This document shows, one piece after another, positions 58,734-64,000 of a stretch of 64,000 bases of DNA (position 1 is the first letter of the stretch; every line of letters begins with the position of its first letter). The notes beneath the pieces were generated by a model. That model was not told the DNA's origin. It saw only the letters and a list, made by a program, of their open reading frames with translations, and did no database searches. The position numbers were made by a program, and so were the translations under genes. Source of the DNA: Pirellulales bacterium (GTDB lineage Bacteria; Planctomycetota; Planctomycetia; Pirellulales; JADZDJ01); NCBI GenBank assembly GCA_963716135.1, contig OY970289.1:4047744-4111743 (forward strand). The letters run 5' to 3'.

Positions 58734-60860
58734 ATGCGCCGTAGCTTCAACCAAATGACATCGGTTTCATTGCGGAACGCACTTGCATGCTTGCGGTTGG
58801 CTGTCTTCGGAGTTACGCCAACGCTCTTCGCCGCAAATGCTTGGGCGGCCGGTCCGGTCGAATTGCAGCGCACGATTGCCACGCTCGAATCGTGCGAAGG
58901 CAAAATCGAGTCAGCGCAGTGGAAGGCGCATCTCTCCGTCGTCGAACTGGCCAACCCAAACGACATCACGTCGATCATCAAGACAAGGCCCGAAAAGATT
59001 GAGGCTGCCGTAGTTTGGGATCGAAAGAGAAAGCGCATTCGCGTCGACTATCAAAGTGTTCTCCAATGGCAGAATGGAACCGCCCCATATCTTTCGGATC
59101 GCCAAGGAATATGTTTCGACGGCGCACTGTACCGATCTTGGAGGATTGGCAAAGCCGGGACCGAGATTCCAAAAGAAAACGACGACTTCGCAGAAGGCAT
59201 TGTTCGCAACGATCGTCCAGAGATTACGCAGCTCGAAATGCGTTCTTGGGGAATGGAATATTTGCCGCCGTTTTTCGACGATCGTTCGGTCGGTCACGAC
59301 CCCCAACCGCTATCGCAACTCCTCCGCCACGCGAAGGCAGACGGCATTTCAATAACGATCGTGGAAGATGACGCTGCAATCTGGACGATCGCCATCAACG
59401 ATCAGAAGAGATATCACGACATGATGGAGATTCGGATCGATCCAACGAAAGGCTGCAAACTATTGGGGATTAAATGTCTTTCGACAAAGGAACATGTTGT
59501 CTGGTGCGAGCTTCAAATTGCCTCACGCGAGGTGTCGCCGGGCATTTGGGCGCCCGATCAATGGTCCTGTGTGTACTTGCTCGACAAACCCTGCGTGGCA
59601 TCGATCTGGAAGTATTCCGACGTGGCAATCAATGTGAGGCTGCCCGAAAATGCATTTGAATTCAATTTTCCAGCAGGCACTCGAGTCGATGATCGGGTAA
59701 GTAATACCAGATACAAGATTGGAGCGGTTGAAAACGACGAAGCGAAATCAGCCGATGCGGCGGATTCGAAATCAGCCAGCTTGGAAGTGAATTTCGACAT
59801 GTCGCGCGCGGATGCGCGGCGCTTCAAAGCCGTCACGGTACGAGCGCAACAGCGGTCCGCCGGTGAGAACACCTATCTAGATATCGCAAGCCATACGGCC
59901 TCGAATTTCGAGCCATTCACGCTGGCGAAACTGCCTGCAGGCGACTATCGGGTTGTAGTCAACACCACGCCGGCAGAAGATGGGATAAAACCCTCGACAG
60001 GCGAACCCAATGCGGGACGGTTTTCCTACTTCAATCAGATTTCGCTGCACTCCGGAGAAACGCAGCGAGTGGCCGTCCAGGTGCCACCGCTCGATCTAAA
60101 AGCATTCCGCGGCCAACGATCGGCGACGATCCGAATTGAAACAGCCGACGGTCGACCCGCAGCCGTCGGCCGGGAATGCAGCGTCCAGTTTGACGACGGC
60201 CACTATGGCGATTTGCCGGTCTTTACGGGGAAGGTGCCGGAATCGGGCGAAGTGATATTGAAAGAGATTACCGACGAGCGGCCTCCGACCATCGATGCTC
60301 GCGATCCATATTCGATCACGATCGACAAATTTCGCTTGGGCACATTCGGATTTCGCTCGACGGAGGCATCAGAGCAATTTAAATTTGCATGGTCGCCGCA
60401 AGCTGGCGATCTTGCGCCAGAAGTCGAATTATTAAATACGGCGGATACAAAGACGATTAAGCTCAGCGACCTGCGAGGCAAAGTCGTGTTGGTCGATTTT
60501 TGGGCCACAGATTGTGCGATGTGTCCCTCAGCATTGAAGATGCTCGATCAACTGGTTGCCGAACAGGCGGACGGATGGAAAGATCGCGTAGTGGTGGTGC
60601 CGCTAAGCATCGACGACGAGGCAACGCAAGCGAAGCAGCGCCTGGTTGAACTTGGGTTCACGCATCTCACGGCGTATTGGAGTGGAAGCGAGGGGAAAGT
60701 CGGCTGGGATTCTCCCGCCGCGCACGCCTATGTTGTGCATGGGGTTCCGGAATCATTGCTGATCGATCGCGATGGGCACATCATTTGGCGCGGCTACCCG
60801 GCAATGGATAATGGTGGTAATCGGACGTTAGAAGCACGAATTGAATCCGCTTTGAAGTAA
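58734..60860 (+). CDS. secreted multidomain protein with C-terminal TlpA-like thioredoxin domain (CxxC = CAMC)
   Basis: Signal ...LAVFGVTPTLFAANAWA. C-terminal GKVVLVDFWATDCAMCPSALKMLDQL...VVVVPLSIDDE...GVPESLLIDRDGHIIW. Confidence 0.75.
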   Translation: MRRSFNQMTSVSLRNALACLRLAVFGVTPTLFAANAWAAGPVELQRTIATLESCEGKIESAQWKAHLSVVELANPNDITSIIKTRPEKIEAAVVWDRKRKRIRVDYQSVLQWQNGTAPYLSDRQGICFDGALYRSWRIGKAGTEIPKENDDFAEGIVRNDRPEITQLEMRSWGMEYLPPFFDDRSVGHDPQPLSQLLRHAKADGISITIVEDDAAIWTIAINDQKRYHDMMEIRIDPTKGCKLLGIKCLSTKEHVVWCELQIASREVSPGIWAPDQWSCVYLLDKPCVASIWKYSDVAINVRLPENAFEFNFPAGTRVDDRVSNTRYKIGAVENDEAKSADAADSKSASLEVNFDMSRADARRFKAVTVRAQQRSAGENTYLDIASHTASNFEPFTLAKLPAGDYRVVVNTTPAEDGIKPSTGEPNAGRFSYFNQISLHSGETQRVAVQVPPLDLKAFRGQRSATIRIETADGRPAAVGRECSVQFDDGHYGDLPVFTGKVPESGEVILKEITDERPPTIDARDPYSITIDKFRLGTFGFRSTEASEQFKFAWSPQAGDLAPEVELLNTADTKTIKLSDLRGKVVLVDFWATDCAMCPSALKMLDQLVAEQADGWKDRVVVVPLSIDDEATQAKQRLVELGFTHLTAYWSGSEGKVGWDSPAAHAYVVHGVPESLLIDRDGHIIWRGYPAMDNGGNRTLEARIESALK

Positions 60861-61121
60861 CCTGGTCCCTAATAATGCCGGCGTGGTGTATCTGGACGGC
60901 ACAGCACGGTTGGCATCCGACCAATCTGAACTAACAGACCGTGCACGACCTGCCGTGCCATAGCCGGCAGGTCGCGCTGGGTATGAGCAAAGTGGCAGCT
61001 CTTTGCTCCGCGGTATCGCGAGTATTGAATCTCCGAATTACTCTCAGCAACTCGTGAATGGCGGGACGTCTAACTAAACGACGGTCAAAATGGAACTGGG
61101 AGTGCTCAGACCCTACCAGGC

Positions 61122-61590
61122 ATGGATATCCTCCCACAAAACCTTACCGATCGGGCTCGCAAGGTATTCGCGCTGGCCGATGAAGAGGCTGAGCGACTCC
61201 ACCACGGATACCTTGGCACAGACCATGTGTTTCTGGGGCTACTCAGAGAAGGCAACGGCGTGGCCGCGAATGTGTTGAAGAACCTCGATATCGACCTGCG
61301 CAAAATTGGCATGGAAATCGAAAACCTAATTGCGGCTGGCCCCGACGCAATCACGACAAGCAGACGACCGCAAACCCCAGCCGTCAAAAGACTAATCGAA
61401 TATGCAATGGAAGAAGCTCATGGACTCAAGCATACATGGATTGGCACTGAACACGTTCTGCTCGGGCTTGCGCGAGCCGAAATGGATTGCGGGGCAAGTG
61501 CTAAACAACCTAGGGGTCACGGTAGAGGGCATTCGAGCAGAGACACTCGCCTTGCTTGGTCCCGCAATGCCCGATCAGCCAAAAATATGA
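61122..61590 (+). CDS. Clp N-terminal (double Clp_N repeat) domain protein, apparent 1-nt frameshift near 61470
   Basis: YLGTDHVFLGLLREGNGVAANVLKNLDIDL and WIGTEHVLLGLAREPKWIAGQVLNNLGVTV are the two Clp_N repeats. The second half is in ORF 61402..61590. Confidence 0.75.
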
Positions 61591-61820
61591 ACAAGAGTAA
61601 ATCGTCTCTTAGAAATTCCGCAAAACGACTCTGTTTTTGAGACAGAGAACGCGTGCCGGAAACTCAAGCGACTATGAAGCCGTGTGTGGGTCAACTGCGG
61701 TAATGCTAATCTTGCCTGCTGCCGAGTCCCGAGGTGGTATTTTCGCTTTCCGTTTCGGATTTAGTCGACTATTCGAGTTGCCGACGCGTGGGGAGGGAAC
61801 CTAAACGGAGATTGCATCTA

Positions 61821-62291
61821 ATGAACAACATAAACCTCAATTTTACTTCAGGGTCTTCAATTTGGATGACAGTGTTAGTCCCAATCGTCTTTGTTGTATG
61901 GATCGCGGTGCTGATCCGGCTCATAAAACGTACCGACTTGGACGGCACCACTAAAATCTGCTGGGTGGTAGTCGTTTGTAGTTTGAACCTGGTCGGATTG
62001 GTGCTGTATGGCATTTGGGGTCCGGGGTCGCAGGTGGCCTCAACCCCTTCACGTAGCTCGCGAGAAGATAGATTGCTCAAAGCCGGCTGGCTGGCGAGCA
62101 TCGGATTGTGGTTTATCTTCGAGGCGGCCAGGCGGATCCAGTTGCAATATCCGATCGAGCTGAACCAGCCACCCTGGGGCTACATTTTCCCTCCATTCAT
62201 GATGGGCGCATTCATCGTGGCGATTTTCTTGTTCCCCATTACATCGATCTTGATCGCGATGCGGTGGTGGACACAACGACGATCGACGTAA
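61821..62291 (+). CDS. membrane protein with PLD-nuclease N-terminal (PLDc_N-like) motif
   Basis: IWMTVLVPIVFVVWIAVLIRLIKRTDLDGTTKICWVVVVCSLNLVGLVLYGIWG fits the PLDc_N pattern (two TM helices, K..W......P..G...Y). Confidence 0.55.
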   Translation: MNNINLNFTSGSSIWMTVLVPIVFVVWIAVLIRLIKRTDLDGTTKICWVVVVCSLNLVGLVLYGIWGPGSQVASTPSRSSREDRLLKAGWLASIGLWFIFEAARRIQLQYPIELNQPPWGYIFPPFMMGAFIVAIFLFPITSILIAMRWWTQRRST

Positions 62292-62604
62292 CCCCCGTGC
62301 CGTTCGCCGTCGGCTATAACCGCTCTGCACGTGTTTCTCGACTGTCCCATCAAACCACCGATAGATGACCCTTCTTGCTGCCTGCGTCAGAAACTCATCG
62401 GTTTGATGGGACAGTTTTAGCTTCCTGGAAACCCATCCGTATTCTCGGAATGATGCGCGGAGGTCATTTGCTGCTGATCTAGCCCTGCTTCGAGCCGCAG
62501 AAATGGAAGTGTTTTCGAGACGATGGTTCCCTCCGAATTTTCTTGTGTTTCTCCTCTCGGTGGGGGCATTTTCAAAGCTGTCCATGGTTCCCGGCACCCA
62601 GACG

Positions 62605-62633
62605 TTGACATTTGTAATCGATTCGCTTACATT
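62605..62633 (+). promoter_or_regulatory. candidate blaI-blaR1 promoter with overlapping BlaI/MecI-type operator dyad
   Basis: TTGACA (62605)-17 nt-TACATT (62628). The dyad TGTAA-N9-TTACA (62613-62631) lies between and over the -10 element. BlaI-family operators are TACA/TGTA dyads. Confidence 0.4.
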
Positions 62634-62719
62634 CCGTTTAATCTACGATGTAACACGGCAAGCTGTGGTTTCGTCTGGTAGATGGCGAGTACAGATTTAG
62701 CAATCCCGGAGCCCTGCGG

Positions 62720-63157
62720 ATGGCCACTAGCACATTGAAGGATCTTTCCAAGGCGGAATGGAAAGTCATGAAGATCGTTTGGGAGCTGGGCAGGGCCATG
62801 GCTCGCGAAGTCTATACCGTCGCAGGGGAGGAGATGTCGTGGACACCAGCGACTGTGAAAACCATTCTCAAACGTTTGGTCGACAAGGGCTACGTCTCGA
62901 CCACACCCGTTGGGAATGGATTCGTCTATCGACCGGCGCAAAGCGCCCTATCCACACTGCAGTCGGCAGCCGATACGTTACTAACCAACACCGTCGAAGG
63001 CGCCACCGGTCCACTTTTAGCTCACATGGTGGAGCAGGTTTCATTAAGTGAAGACGACCTCGAATCACTTCAGAAGTTGATCGATACCAAAAAACAATCG
63101 CTCAAGCGGAGTCGCAAAGCAGGGCGAACAACCGCAGACGGGAGGAAACGGCGATGA
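62720..63157 (+). CDS. blaI: BlaI/MecI/CopY family transcriptional repressor
   Basis: LSKAEWKVMKIVWELGRAMAREVY...WTPATVKTILKRLVDKGYV...G..FVYRP is the winged-helix penicillinase-repressor signature. Confidence 0.85.
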   Translation: MATSTLKDLSKAEWKVMKIVWELGRAMAREVYTVAGEEMSWTPATVKTILKRLVDKGYVSTTPVGNGFVYRPAQSALSTLQSAADTLLTNTVEGATGPLLAHMVEQVSLSEDDLESLQKLIDTKKQSLKRSRKAGRTTADGRKRR

Positions 63158-64000
63158 TAGTTACGATTATCGATCACGCTAATTCCGCGGCGGCACGATG
63201 GGCAGCCTGGTTTGTTGCAGCAACGCTGGATAGCGCTGTGCTTCTCGTACTGGTCGGCATGATCTGGCTTGCAATCCGGCGACGTGCGGCGCCGTGGATA
63301 GGCTACTGCCTGTTTCTGCTGGTGCCGCTCAAATTGCTGCTCCCTATTAACATAAGTGTCCCGCCGGAATTAGCCCGCTGGACCCCTTCAGTCCTTGCGT
63401 CCCAGTGGTTTAATGAACAGCACGATGCCGTAACGCAGCCTGCGCGTCCGTCCATCGAGTTGCAAAGCGCAACGGCGATAAATACTTCGTCTGTTCAGAA
63501 CCGTGACCTTGAGCAGCCAGCATTTGTGGCCGACTCCACAGGCTTGCCGGCAGGGGCCGCCATCGCGCCACGAATGACGATCGTTGCGCTATTCATGCTC
63601 GTCTGGCTGACCGCGGTTTTTTTCCTGATGTGGCGATTGGTCTGGATCCAGCTGCGATTTCGCTCACGATTGTGGCAAGCCAAGTCGATCGATGAGGTAC
63701 GAATGGGCGTCGATTGTCGTCAGTTGTGCCGGCGCGCTCGAGTGACTCAGGTCGTTAGTTTTGTCGAAAGCGATGAGATTACTGCCCCGGCTGTCTGGGG
63801 AATATTTCGACCGACGATCATTCTACCGCGACAGGTTTGGGCATCGCTCACAATGCAGCAATTACGATGGGTCTTACTGCACGAGCTGGCGCATATCCGA
63901 CACCGCGACCTCTTGATCGTGGCGGTACAACGGTGCGCCTCGATCCTTCACTTTTTTAATCCGACCGTTTGGATTGCCAATCGCATCATTAATCGATTGC
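63154..64000 (+). CDS. blaR1: BlaR1/M56-family membrane metallopeptidase (partial, runs off the window)
   Basis: ATGA overlap with the blaI stop. My own translation stays open to the window end. TM helices, then LHELAHIRHRD (HExxH). Confidence 0.8.
   Translation, partial: MIVTIIDHANSAAARWAAWFVAATLDSAVLLVLVGMIWLAIRRRAAPWIGYCLFLLVPLKLLLPINISVPPELARWTPSVLASQWFNEQHDAVTQPARPSIELQSATAINTSSVQNRDLEQPAFVADSTGLPAGAAIAPRMTIVALFMLVWLTAVFFLMWRLVWIQLRFRSRLWQAKSIDEVRMGVDCRQLCRRARVTQVVSFVESDEITAPAVWGIFRPTIILPRQVWASLTMQQLRWVLLHELAHIRHRDLLIVAVQRCASILHFFNPTVWIANRIINRL

Noticed and set aside
62049-62611. Minus-strand ORFs 62049..62597 and 62417..62611.
   Set aside because: They overlap the PLDc_N-like gene and the blaI promoter region. 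Composition is basic and low-complexity, and no family motif was seen. A short real gene at 62300-62590 cannot be excluded.

Overview
GC-rich bacterial chromosome segment. Gene content points to Planctomycetota, probably Pirellulales-like: a DUF1559 H-X9-DG protein with a prepilin-type N-terminus, a PEP-CTERM protein, many TPR proteins and BON-domain proteins. Coordinates 1-43.3 kb look like core genome. This part holds an oxidative pentose-phosphate string (pgl-zwf-gnd-glk), three tandem orphan response regulators, pilT, mop and a radical-SAM/AAA/DUF1257/DUF2997 operon. It also holds a ClC channel, two tatA genes, an ExbB-ExbD/giant-TPR cluster, and tRNA-Val, tRNA-Ile and a broken tRNA-Ala. 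From about 43.36 kb the character changes: the tRNA-Ala(UGC) gene stops in its anticodon loop and accessory or mobile-looking content follows. That content includes decayed fragments, an intact type III R-M system, and two non-canonical long-variable-arm tRNA-like genes (apparent anticodons UUA and UAU) flanking a DUF3800 gene. Next come an IS1-type transposase remnant and a compact ubiquitin-like conjugation operon (Ubl, E2 with a Cys-rich tail, JAB, E1) bracketed by two small paralogous ORFs. AT-richer membrane and redox genes then lead into blaI-blaR1. My best candidates for a novel system are the Ubl/E2-ZnF/JAB/E1 operon (54.0-57.2 kb) and the paired allo-tRNA-like genes (50.5-51.7 kb). 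Data-quality caveat: at least 15 genes are interrupted by apparent single-base deletions in short G/C runs, which is typical of long-read consensus errors. Frames were reconstructed by eye. All family calls rest on motif recognition, not database searches.
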